Assembly: GCA_965223265.1 (NCBI GenBank)
Contig: OZ244999.1
Span: 7,200,001 to 7,264,000, forward strand
Length of the DNA: 64,000 bases
Source of the DNA: Planctomycetota bacterium
GTDB taxonomy: Bacteria > Planctomycetota > UBA8108 > SXIK01
Direction of reading: 5' to 3'
Shown here: in pieces, positions 29,253 through 38,424 of the stretch
Position numbering within the stretch: position 1 is the first letter of the stretch
How the letters are laid out: the number at the start of each line of letters is the position of its first letter
The notes under the pieces: generated by a model
What the model saw: only the letters and a program-made list of their open reading frames with translations
Databases searched by the model: none
Told to the model about the DNA's origin: nothing
Program-made: the position numbers and the translations under genes

Positions 29253-32200
29253 TCACTCCGTCGCCATTCGCAAACGAATGTCCTCTCTCCTACCCTCACC
29301 GAGAACCACAGTGCGACGTGCGCGCCAGGTCTCGTAGCCCTCGACCTCCACGGTGATGTCGTAGTCGCCTGGCGGCAGGTTGTGGAAGGTGAAACTGGCG
29401 CCGCCTATCCGGTCACTGTAGTCTCCAGTCGACAAAAATCGTGCATTCTCGATAGGTCGGTCGGGCTCGAGGATCCGCGTTCCGCCTTCGCCGGCGAGCG
29501 CCGGCCCCGCGAGGGTGACTTGGTTGAAGGGCACGGTGCCAAGGCCGATCTGGACGACGAAGTGCAGCAATCCCTCTGGTTGCAAATCCACCTGCAAAGG
29601 CGTCGAGCCTCCGGCGCGCACGTTCACCGTCGACCAAACTGGGGCACATTGAAACCCCCACACGTTGGCAGCCCAAACGTACGATCCTGCCTGAATTGGC
29701 CCGATGGACGCTGTCGGTTTGGGCGGTCTCAAGTTCAAGTACGTGGCGCTCTCGGCATTGCGTTCCCGGCCCTCTGGCACAAGCACCAGCCAGGAATGTT
29801 CAGGCAGCGTTCCAACGCCAGATGTGTTCACGAGTGACAAATCGATCCAGCCCACATCGGGAAGCACGAGATCACCCAAATCCTGATCGCCTTCGAGGTT
29901 GTCTAGGAGCGCGCGTTCGGGCAGGGTCACGGTCGCCTCGCCCACATCGCGCTGGTAAAACTCCACGTCCACACGGTAGGCCCCTTTGAACCGCCCTTCG
30001 AACCTCACGCTGCCATCGTCGACGCGCGCCGACGCCTGACGATCGATCGCGCCCAATTCCTGCGCTCCGGAGTCGCCAGCCGCGTCGATGGCCGTCAGAC
30101 GAACCGTCCGCACTCGAGCGACCATCCCATCGGAACTCCCGCTCGGAAACGCCAGCTGGGCGAAGACCTGACGGTCGCCGTGAAGAACGAAGTCCTCCAC
30201 CGCGTCGCCGCGAAGATCAACGCTTCGCCGCAGGTGCCGAGAGCCGCCACCCTTGACGGCGGACCAGGCGCGGATCCAATACCGGCCAGGGATCAACCCC
30301 CTGACTCGGTAGCGTCCTTCCTCGTCTGTTCCTACTTCAAATTCGGTGTAGTCCCATTCGAACTGGGGCTCGACCGTGATTCCAGCTCGTTCAGCCGGGG
30401 CCAAATCTCCATGCAGCACCTGTCCGGAGACGGACAGCAAACCGAGATCATCCCCGATGTTGACGACCTTTTCCTGGCGATCCGGGAGGTTGACTTTGCG
30501 TGTGACGCTGTAACGGGGCTCATTCACGAAAGCTTCGAACTTGTGCTGGCCGGCGGGGAGACCACCGAGTCGGAAGCGCCCCTGAGAATCTGTAACGATC
30601 GGTCCGAAGTCAACCCAACCGTCCCAGGCGCTAACTGTCGCATCCGCTCTCGGAGCGCCGTCGATGAAAAAGGTACCCGCGATCGACCCACCGGGCTCAA
30701 GTCGGGCGACGATCTCTCCGTTTTCGCGGGCGTACTTCTGCCGCTCGTTGGGTTCGACTCGAGCCGGGACGAATCCTGGCGCCTTGATGTACACGGTTCC
30801 GCGACGTTCGCCCTCAACGAATTGAAACTCGCCGTCGCGCCCGGTGACTGTCCGCTCTACGTCGTCAAGCATTTCGTAGACGCCAGAGCTGTCGAGATCT
30901 CCCCAGCGGAGGGCTGCGTTCTTGAAACCATAGACGACGGTGGCGCCGCTGATTGGCACTGCGGTCTCGGCTGCGACGACCGTTCCCGAGAGCGCGTCCC
31001 CGGTGGTGAGAGCGATCACGATCTCTTCAGCCTTGCCTTCAGGGTGAGCTACAATAGCATCCGTCACGGCGGCGAGATAGTGCGCGGTCTCCACCCTGAC
31101 GACGTACTCCCTCCCGACTTTTAGATCGTCATCGATAATGAAGCGACCATCGCCCGCGTGGACGGCTCGTCCTGACCTCCTGTTGAGTCCGTGACTATTG
31201 CGAAGCTCCGCGTGCTTGACGGTGAAGTCTGAAACCGGTTTGCCCGTTGCCCCATCGACGACACGTCCACGGATGATGGCGGGGTGCGGCATCACGATGC
31301 GTACGTCTTGGTCGACGTCCAAGCTTTTCCAGAGAGAGGCGCGGCCTTGCACCTTGAGGTTGAGCCTGACGCCTGAGCTTGGGGCTCCTTCGATTCGGAA
31401 ACGACCATCTCGATTCGTCCGGACAAAGCCATTCTTGCCAAAGAGAATGAACGCGTTCTCTTCGTCGTCGACTCCGTTCGCTTGGATCTCGACCTCGGTC
31501 AAAGGCGTCTCGTTCTCATCGACAACAACTCCCTCGAGCCAGTGTCCCGGCTCCAGAGCGAAATCGATCTCGGTAGGTTCATCTAGCGACCCTGGGCGGA
31601 TTCCGGTGCGGCTCTGAGGCGCGTAGCCGCCTCCACCGGCGACGATCAAGAACCCCGACTTGGGGTTTTCCAGGGCGACGCGATAGTACCCATCGGCGTC
31701 TGTCTCAACCGGGGCGCAGCGTCGAAGGAGATTGGTCTTGTCTGCGTACTGCACGCGGACTTCCATGTCGACAAGCGGCTCATCGTCGGAGTTCGTGATG
31801 CGGCCTGCGTAGTACCCCACCTCTGGTTCGTACCGCCGAAGAACGAGCGTCACTTCCGCCACCGAATGCTCGTCGTCGAACCGCGGTCGAACATCCCTCC
31901 CGCCGGTGTATCCGTCCTTCTTAGCGAACAGCTCCTGAGGATTCGTGCGGCTGATACCGCCGACCGTCGCTTGCCCCGCTGCGTCCGTTGTCACCTCGGT
32001 TGGTAGCAGCCTGAAACCGACCACAGTGCCGATGCGAGCGCCCTGAACCGGCTCGCCGCGATCGTCGACGACGCGAACGAGCACTTCGGCGCCTGGCTCC
32101 AGCTCGAAGTTGCGCGTGATGTCGTCATGACCCGAACGCTCCGTCTGGACCAGTACCAACACGTAATCCTCAGCCGTAGCCGTCAGCGAGATTGGTTCCG

Positions 32201-33611
32201 TTTCACCTGGTCCAATGACCCCAGGCAAAAAGTACGTCCCACTGGCATCGGTCAGCGCCGTGTGACGAAACGAAGCTTTGACTTCCGCACCAGCGATCGG
32301 CTCCCCCGTCTCCAAGTCGCGGACGACTCCCGTAAATACCGGTACACGCTGAAGGAGAATCCGGTGCGGTCCATTCGCAACTTGCGGCTGCAGCTCGACA
32401 GGCTGGACGGACGACCACTCGCCTGTCGCGTGCGTACGGTAACGACCACTCTTGGCGGCGAGCTTGATTTCTGTTGCGTCGATACGATCGATGGTGAAAC
32501 GCCCTTCTGCATCGGCAATAACGGAGATGTCAGTGCCGGGCACGTAGACCTCGGCACCACCGGCAGGCTGGTTCAGATCCGCAATCCAAACGCTCCCGAA
32601 GAGCGACGTTGCAGCCGGTTCGTCCGACACCTTCACGGCGCCATCACTTGGTGGTAGCCCTGCGCTTCCCGGCAGCGGCTCGCTCGCAGCGGTGTCTTCA
32701 CCGTCTTCGGGCGAGACGGCGGTCGCCTGGAATTCCTCTGAATCGTTTGCGGACTGCACGATGGCGACCGTGATCATGGCGATAGCCGCCACTGCAAGCG
32801 TCGCAGCGACGACCGCGGTCTTGGTCTTGGCGAGTCCAACCGCGAGTGAGGTCAACACGCTCGAGGTCTCGGCTGCGGCGGTGGCCACCTTAGCGCCGGA
32901 CGAACTCAGGGCGACGGCCGCACCACCGCTCGCCAGCGTCTTCTCGGCCGTAGCAAATACGGTCGAAGCGTCGAGCCGCGCAGGAGGCGCAAAGAGACTC
33001 GATGTCGCCGCCACGCCGCCGAGGATTGCAGTCGATTCCGCCAGACCGGCGCGGCGTAGCATCGGCTTCAGCTTGCGCAGCGCACGGCCGATTCTCGAGG
33101 AGATCGTCCCCTGCGGGACGTCCAGCGCTGTCGCGATCTCGGCGTACGTCAGGCCGTGAAAATAGTGGAGGAGAACCGGCAGCCGGTAGCGCTCGGAGAG
33201 CGTCGAGACGAGCGCTTCGACGCGCTCACGATCTTGGCGAACCGCAGCCTCCTGATCGGGTCGCGATTGCGAGTTCGGGAGTCCTTCGATTTGCATGTTG
33301 ACCTCCCTGTTGAAACGCCGCTGCCTTCGTTGCCTCAAGTTCTGCGCCTCGCGCACGGCGAGCCGATAGACGGTCGCCCGAGCGTCGTCGAGTCCCGTCT
33401 CGCTCGCTCCTCGGCGCGCCGCGGCGAGCAGACGACAGTAGGTCGCCTGAAGGGCGTCGGTGGCATCCTCCTCGCTCGCCAAGATGCGGCGGCAGAGGGT
33501 GTACACCAGATCCTTCGTGTGCTCGTAGAGGGGAAGAAAGGTGGCGTCTGTTGGCTCGCGGTAAAAAGCGTCGAGAAGTCGCTCGTTGGCGCGCTGATCC
33601 CGTGGGTCCAT
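29253..33611 (-). CDS. ECF sigma-70 factor fused to a TM helix and tandem carboxypeptidase-regulatory-like (transthyretin-like) beta domains
   Basis: Region 2 (DATDALQATY) and region 4 (LTYAEIATALDVPQGTISSRIGR), TM at about aa 265-285, repeated G-x-V-x-D...P-x-x-GA-x-V...TD-x-x-G-x-F modules. Confidence 0.9.
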   Translation of the reverse strand: MDPRDQRANERLLDAFYREPTDATFLPLYEHTKDLVYTLCRRILASEEDATDALQATYCRLLAAARRGASETGLDDARATVYRLAVREAQNLRQRRQRRFNREVNMQIEGLPNSQSRPDQEAAVRQDRERVEALVSTLSERYRLPVLLHYFHGLTYAEIATALDVPQGTISSRIGRALRKLKPMLRRAGLAESTAILGGVAATSSLFAPPARLDASTVFATAEKTLASGGAAVALSSSGAKVATAAAETSSVLTSLAVGLAKTKTAVVAATLAVAAIAMITVAIVQSANDSEEFQATAVSPEDGEDTAASEPLPGSAGLPPSDGAVKVSDEPAATSLFGSVWIADLNQPAGGAEVYVPGTDISVIADAEGRFTIDRIDATEIKLAAKSGRYRTHATGEWSSVQPVELQPQVANGPHRILLQRVPVFTGVVRDLETGEPIAGAEVKASFRHTALTDASGTYFLPGVIGPGETEPISLTATAEDYVLVLVQTERSGHDDITRNFELEPGAEVLVRVVDDRGEPVQGARIGTVVGFRLLPTEVTTDAAGQATVGGISRTNPQELFAKKDGYTGGRDVRPRFDDEHSVAEVTLVLRRYEPEVGYYAGRITNSDDEPLVDMEVRVQYADKTNLLRRCAPVETDADGYYRVALENPKSGFLIVAGGGGYAPQSRTGIRPGSLDEPTEIDFALEPGHWLEGVVVDENETPLTEVEIQANGVDDEENAFILFGKNGFVRTNRDGRFRIEGAPSSGVRLNLKVQGRASLWKSLDVDQDVRIVMPHPAIIRGRVVDGATGKPVSDFTVKHAELRNSHGLNRRSGRAVHAGDGRFIIDDDLKVGREYVVRVETAHYLAAVTDAIVAHPEGKAEEIVIALTTGDALSGTVVAAETAVPISGATVVYGFKNAALRWGDLDSSGVYEMLDDVERTVTGRDGEFQFVEGERRGTVYIKAPGFVPARVEPNERQKYARENGEIVARLEPGGSIAGTFFIDGAPRADATVSAWDGWVDFGPIVTDSQGRFRLGGLPAGQHKFEAFVNEPRYSVTRKVNLPDRQEKVVNIGDDLGLLSVSGQVLHGDLAPAERAGITVEPQFEWDYTEFEVGTDEEGRYRVRGLIPGRYWIRAWSAVKGGGSRHLRRSVDLRGDAVEDFVLHGDRQVFAQLAFPSGSSDGMVARVRTVRLTAIDAAGDSGAQELGAIDRQASARVDDGSVRFEGRFKGAYRVDVEFYQRDVGEATVTLPERALLDNLEGDQDLGDLVLPDVGWIDLSLVNTSGVGTLPEHSWLVLVPEGRERNAESATYLNLRPPKPTASIGPIQAGSYVWAANVWGFQCAPVWSTVNVRAGGSTPLQVDLQPEGLLHFVVQIGLGTVPFNQVTLAGPALAGEGGTRILEPDRPIENARFLSTGDYSDRIGGASFTFHNLPPGDYDITVEVEGYETWRARRTVVLGEGRREDIRLRMATE

Positions 33612-33838
33612 GACATACTCCTTGTCGGCAGAGTCCCCGATTTCGGATCTACCTGCAAATGAGTGCTGGGGCGGGGCATTGATTCAGTTTTTTGGGATTT
33701 TTAGATCGTTTCTGCACTTCGCGTTGCGCACAGCGCTCCGAGCCGCCGCAGGCGGCTGACTTCGTCGCGACGCTATTACACGGTGAGAGCTGACGAAAAG
33801 ACTTGTAACGTGCCTCGAGATCAACGAGGCTTGACGGC

Positions 33839-34162
33839 ATGAAACTCGCGCAAAGAGCCTGCGCTGCCGCGGTGGTCGCCGCCTTTGTGAGCGGCTGCAG
33901 CGTCGTCGACCACGCCACTCGGACAGCGGGCGCGGTCGTCAATGCTGGATGGCACGCCGCAGGCACCGCCGTTGACACCGGATTCTCCACGGCCGGAATC
34001 GCGACGCAGACAGGTGTCCATGTAGCAGGGCATGCCGTCGGTATCGCAACTGGGGCGGTGGGGCACACGGTCGCTGCGGTCGCGGACACTGCTCACGGCG
34101 CCGCCTCGGGAGCAAGTGCCGTCCTTCACGGCGCCGCGCACGCCGCGAGTCCGCACCCATAG
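33839..34162 (+). CDS. Small lipoprotein with seven 11-residue Ala/Gly/His repeats
   Basis: Lipobox FVSGC, GAGG RBS and an exact 11-aa periodicity. Confidence 0.7.
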   Translation: MKLAQRACAAAVVAAFVSGCSVVDHATRTAGAVVNAGWHAAGTAVDTGFSTAGIATQTGVHVAGHAVGIATGAVGHTVAAVADTAHGAASGASAVLHGAAHAASPHP

Positions 34163-34163
34163 C

Positions 34164-34408
34164 CTCGAGTTTGGCCATTTCGCGCCGGCCTGGCCGGACG
34201 AGTTTCGCGGGGATTCAGAGGCCTTTCGTACTTTTTGCTCCCCCGAGCAAATTTGTGAGTGTTCGAAAACTCTTGTCCGGAAAAGTAGCAGGCACACTCC
34301 TGTGTGCCGTCCGGACGTCCGAATCCGTGACCGTGACCGTGACCGTACAAGAGCGACGGCACACGGTGTGTGCCTGCTACCTTGGTGCACCGAATGGCCA
34401 AACTCGAG
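34164..34408. mobile_element. Non-autonomous element (family 2) with 16-bp perfect TIR and an internal REP doublet
   Basis: CTCGAGTTTGGCCATT (34164-34179) and AATGGCCAAACTCGAG (34393-34408), ATAGC on both flanks, inverted REP pair at 34284-34380 enclosing (CGTGAC)3. Confidence 0.7.
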
Positions 34409-34412
34409 ATAG

Positions 34413-34482
34413 CAGCCCGCCTGAAAAAGTGCTTCGAGCCAAAAAACTGGTCTCTCAGCCGAATGACTTTTCAGGCTGGCTG
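34413..34482 (-). mobile_element. Internally deleted MITE (family 1), 70 bp
   Basis: Both family-1 arms joined directly: CAGCCCGCCTGAAAAAGTGCTTCGAGCC...CAGCCGAATGACTTTTCAGGCTGGCTG. Confidence 0.75.
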
Positions 34483-34767
34483 ACAACCGCGCGGACCGCG
34501 CGCTAGCGCCGCAGGTTCCCGCAGCCCTTTGTCAAGCGGGATTCCCGAACGAACCGTTCGGCTTCGCGAACACATGACTTTTTCGTGCCGCTTGATAGGA
34601 TGCGCACAGACATCGACGCAAGCGCGCTCGCAGGGTCCGTTCTCGGATGACCCGCCAGTCGCCGCAGCCGTTGAGGAGATTGGGAGATCTCGGCGGCTCG
34701 ATCTCAAGACGCGCGTCGGGGTCCGAGTCTCTCGGAAGTTGTCGAATCAAAGAAGTGAGATCTTCTC

Positions 34768-37700
34768 ATGAACTTTATCCATCTGCATGTCCATAGCCAC
34801 TACAGCTTGCTCGACGGCGCGGCCAACCACGTTGGCTTGGTGAAGGCAGCCAAGGAGCTAGGAATGCCCGCTCTGGCGCTGACCGACCACGGCAATCTCT
34901 TTGGCGCCATCAAGTTCATGAACGCGTGTAAGGCAGAGTCCATTCAACCGATCATCGGCATGGAAGCCTACATAGCGCCCGGCAGTCGCTTCGAAAAAAA
35001 GAAGAGTGCTAGTGGTGCATTCTTCCACCAACTGCTCTTCGCGCGCAACCTCGAAGGCTATTTCAACCTGATGAAACTGTCTTCGCTCGCCTATCTCGAA
35101 GGCTTCTACTACAAGCCGCGCATCGACAAAGAGATCCTGCGACAACACTCGAAAGGTCTGATCGGCACGAGCTCATGCCTCTCTGGTCAAATCAATCGGG
35201 CCGCGCTCACCGGCTCGGAGGAGGACGTGCGGCGCGAAATCGAGGAGTACGTCGACATCTTCGAACCTGGGTGTTTCTTCATGGAAATCCAGCGCCACGG
35301 CATCGTCGAGCAAGATCGAATCCTGGAGAGGATTCCAACTTTAGCGAAGGAGTACGGCCTGCCCCTCCTGCCAACCAACGACGTGCACTACCTCAGGCGA
35401 TCGGACGCTCGAGCTCAGGAAGTTCACCTCTGCATCAACACCGGCCAGACGCTCGACGCCACGGATCGCATGAGCTTCGACAGCGACCAATTCTATTTCC
35501 GCAGCGAGCCGGAGATGGAACGCTCCCTCGGCGACTTCAAGGATTCCTTCGAGAACACCCTCCAAGTCATGGAGATGTGCACGCTGCACGATGAACTTGT
35601 CGAGCACAAGTACTTCGACACCATGCACCTGCCGGCGTACGAAATCGACGACCCCGAGCACGCCCAGCTTTCTATCGACGAGTATTTTCACAAACTTTGC
35701 ATCGAAGGTTGTCGAGAGCGGTACTCAGACTTCGATGAAAACGACGAGTTAAAGCAGCGACTCGGGTATGAGATCGACATCATCACGCGCATGGGATATC
35801 CGAGCTACTTTCTGATCACATGGGATTTCATCAAGTACGCGCGCGACCACTCGATTCCGGTAGGGCCGGGACGCGGATCAGCGGCTGGCAGCCTGATCGC
35901 GTATGCGTTGAAGATCACGAACGTCGACCCTCTCAAATACGATCTGCTGTTCGAGAGATTCCTCAACCCCAACCGAGTCACCATGCCAGACATCGATATC
36001 GATTTCTGCATGGACGGTCGGGAACAAGTGATCGAATACGTCAAACGCAAGTACGGCGAAGATCACGTGTGCCAGATCATCACCTTCGGAACCATGGCCG
36101 CGCGCGCCGTCATCCGTGACGTTGGCCGCGCCCTGAGCGTGCCACTTAAGGAAGTCGACACGATCGCCAAGCGCATTCCCGCGGGACCTGGCGTCAAGCT
36201 TCAGAGCAGCATCGACGACGACAAGGAGCTGCAGGCACTGAGCGCCAACGACCCGAAGATTTCCGAGCTCTTCGATGTCGCGCTACGCCTCGAGGGACTC
36301 AACCGGCACTGCTCGACGCATGCAGCAGGTGTCGTCATCGGCGATGCACCGCTCATCGACACACTGCCTCTCTACAAAAACGGTGAAGACATCACCACGC
36401 AGTTCGCGATGGAAGACCTCGACGCCGTCGGCATGCTGAAGATGGATTTCCTCGGCCTGCGCACGCTCACGGTCATTGACAAAGCGAGACGTGTGATTCG
36501 AAAAACACGCGGTATCGACCTCGACGTGGACGCCATACCGCTCGACGACGCAGCAACCTTTGAACTCCTCTGCCAGGGCGACACGGCGGCTGTTTTCCAA
36601 CTCGAATCGTCAGGCATGCGTGATCTTCTCAGACGCATGAAGCCGGACAGGTTCGAAGACATCATTGCGATCCTGGCGCTCTATCGCCCTGGCCCGCTCG
36701 AGGGTGGCATGGTCGATCGCTACATCGAGCGCAAGCATGGCCGCGAACCGATGGAATTCGACCATCCGGTGCTCGAACCTATCCTCGCAGAAACCAACGG
36801 CGTGATTCTGTATCAAGAACAAGTCATGCGCATCGCCAACCATATGGCCGGATTCAACCTAGCCGAAGCCGACATGCTTCGCCGTGCCATGGGCAAGAAG
36901 AAGCCCGAGGTGATGAAGAAATACGAAGAAAAATTTGTGAGCGGCGCTAAAGAAAACAAGATCGACAAGAAAGTCGCTGAACATGTTTTCCATCTCATCG
37001 AGTTTTTCGCCGGCTACGGATTCAACAAGTCTCACTCGACCGCCTACGCCTTGATCACGTTTCAGACGGCGTATCTGAAGGCGAACTACCCCACCGAGTT
37101 CATGGCGGCGGTCATGAGCTGCGAAATGAACAATACGGACAAAGTCGTCGAGTATCTCGAAGAGTGCCGGAAGATGGAAATCGACGTCTCTCCACCAAGC
37201 ATCAATCACTCCGATGTCGAGTTCAGTGTTGAGGATCGCCGCATCTGGTACGGACTAGCGGCGATCAAAGGCGTCGGCGGCAAAGTCGTCGACACGATCA
37301 TTAGCGACCGAGAGGCCAGCGGTGAGTTCAGCTCAGTGTTCGATCTTTGCCGCCGTGTCGACAGCAAACAAGGTCTCAACAAGTCGACGATCGAGACCCT
37401 CGTTTCCTCTGGAGCACTCGACTGCTTCGGCAGAACCCGAGCGCAGACCGTCGAGGTCATCGACAGTGCCGTGTCGCTCGGCAATCAGGCGCGAAAAGAT
37501 CGTGAGTCCGGTCAGCTTGACCTCTTCGATTTGCTTCCGACTGACTCCAGCTCCGACAACGGGAACGGCGCAGCAGCGGACTCGGAGTTCACCTATCCCG
37601 ATGTTCCTGAATGGGATCAAAAGGAGAGGCTTGCTCGCGAAAAAAAGACCCTCGGCTTCTATCTCACTGGCCATCCACTCGACGAATGGCAGAGCATCGT

Positions 37701-38283
37701 TCGAAAGTATACGACGCACACGCTTCGCGATGTGGCAGAGCTTCCCGAGGGCCACGACGTCGTGATCGCCGTGCAAATCGCAAAAATCACCAAGAAGGTG
37801 TCGAAGCGTACGAACGAACCTTTCTGGATCGCTCTGGTCGAAGATCGCCAGGCGGCGCAGGAGATCTTCGTGACGCAGAAGGACCTCGAGGCTGCTGGTG
37901 ATGCACTCCACGTCGGCGCGCTCGTGCTTCTGTGTGCTAAAGTCAAGTATCGTGACACAACGCCGGGCTTGAGGCTCGGAAGGCTCATCTCCATCGAGCA
38001 AGCGCCATCGAAACTGACGCGCGATGTCGGGGTCGTCCTGCCGGTGGACGGCGAGGGTGATGCGGAGGACCTTTTATTTCGCATCAAGGAACAGCTACAA
38101 AACCACCACGGCAAGTGCCCCGTATTCCTGATCTTCACGAATCAAATCGGCGACCGCGCCGTTCTCCGTGTCGGCAGTGAGAACTACGTCAGTCCCGACG
38201 CGGACTTCCTTCGCTCCATGGACGAACTGTGCGGGCAGAAGAGAGTCCTCGTCAATCGCATGGGACAGTTCAGCCTGCAGTAG
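34768..38283 (+). CDS. dnaE: DNA polymerase III alpha subunit
   Basis: HLHVHSHYSLLDG, GPGRGSAAGS, MPDIDIDF, YGFNKSH and clamp-binding QLDLF. 1171 aa, no intein. Confidence 0.98.
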   Translation: MNFIHLHVHSHYSLLDGAANHVGLVKAAKELGMPALALTDHGNLFGAIKFMNACKAESIQPIIGMEAYIAPGSRFEKKKSASGAFFHQLLFARNLEGYFNLMKLSSLAYLEGFYYKPRIDKEILRQHSKGLIGTSSCLSGQINRAALTGSEEDVRREIEEYVDIFEPGCFFMEIQRHGIVEQDRILERIPTLAKEYGLPLLPTNDVHYLRRSDARAQEVHLCINTGQTLDATDRMSFDSDQFYFRSEPEMERSLGDFKDSFENTLQVMEMCTLHDELVEHKYFDTMHLPAYEIDDPEHAQLSIDEYFHKLCIEGCRERYSDFDENDELKQRLGYEIDIITRMGYPSYFLITWDFIKYARDHSIPVGPGRGSAAGSLIAYALKITNVDPLKYDLLFERFLNPNRVTMPDIDIDFCMDGREQVIEYVKRKYGEDHVCQIITFGTMAARAVIRDVGRALSVPLKEVDTIAKRIPAGPGVKLQSSIDDDKELQALSANDPKISELFDVALRLEGLNRHCSTHAAGVVIGDAPLIDTLPLYKNGEDITTQFAMEDLDAVGMLKMDFLGLRTLTVIDKARRVIRKTRGIDLDVDAIPLDDAATFELLCQGDTAAVFQLESSGMRDLLRRMKPDRFEDIIAILALYRPGPLEGGMVDRYIERKHGREPMEFDHPVLEPILAETNGVILYQEQVMRIANHMAGFNLAEADMLRRAMGKKKPEVMKKYEEKFVSGAKENKIDKKVAEHVFHLIEFFAGYGFNKSHSTAYALITFQTAYLKANYPTEFMAAVMSCEMNNTDKVVEYLEECRKMEIDVSPPSINHSDVEFSVEDRRIWYGLAAIKGVGGKVVDTIISDREASGEFSSVFDLCRRVDSKQGLNKSTIETLVSSGALDCFGRTRAQTVEVIDSAVSLGNQARKDRESGQLDLFDLLPTDSSSDNGNGAAADSEFTYPDVPEWDQKERLAREKKTLGFYLTGHPLDEWQSIVRKYTTHTLRDVAELPEGHDVVIAVQIAKITKKVSKRTNEPFWIALVEDRQAAQEIFVTQKDLEAAGDALHVGALVLLCAKVKYRDTTPGLRLGRLISIEQAPSKLTRDVGVVLPVDGEGDAEDLLFRIKEQLQNHHGKCPVFLIFTNQIGDRAVLRVGSENYVSPDADFLRSMDELCGQKRVLVNRMGQFSLQ

Positions 38284-38424
38284 GAGCTGACAGTCGGTAG
38301 AACCAACACGCGTCGTGAGGTACGATGTTGGTTGATGCAGCGGGCGCCGCTGAGGCCGTCCGTGCTCGTTGCGATTCTCAAGTCAGACGAGAAAGATTCC
38401 AGGCGACAGATCATCGCAGGGGAC

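Noticed and set aside
34768-38283. Intein or split in dnaE
   Set aside because: Normal length, contiguous motifs and no intein signatures.
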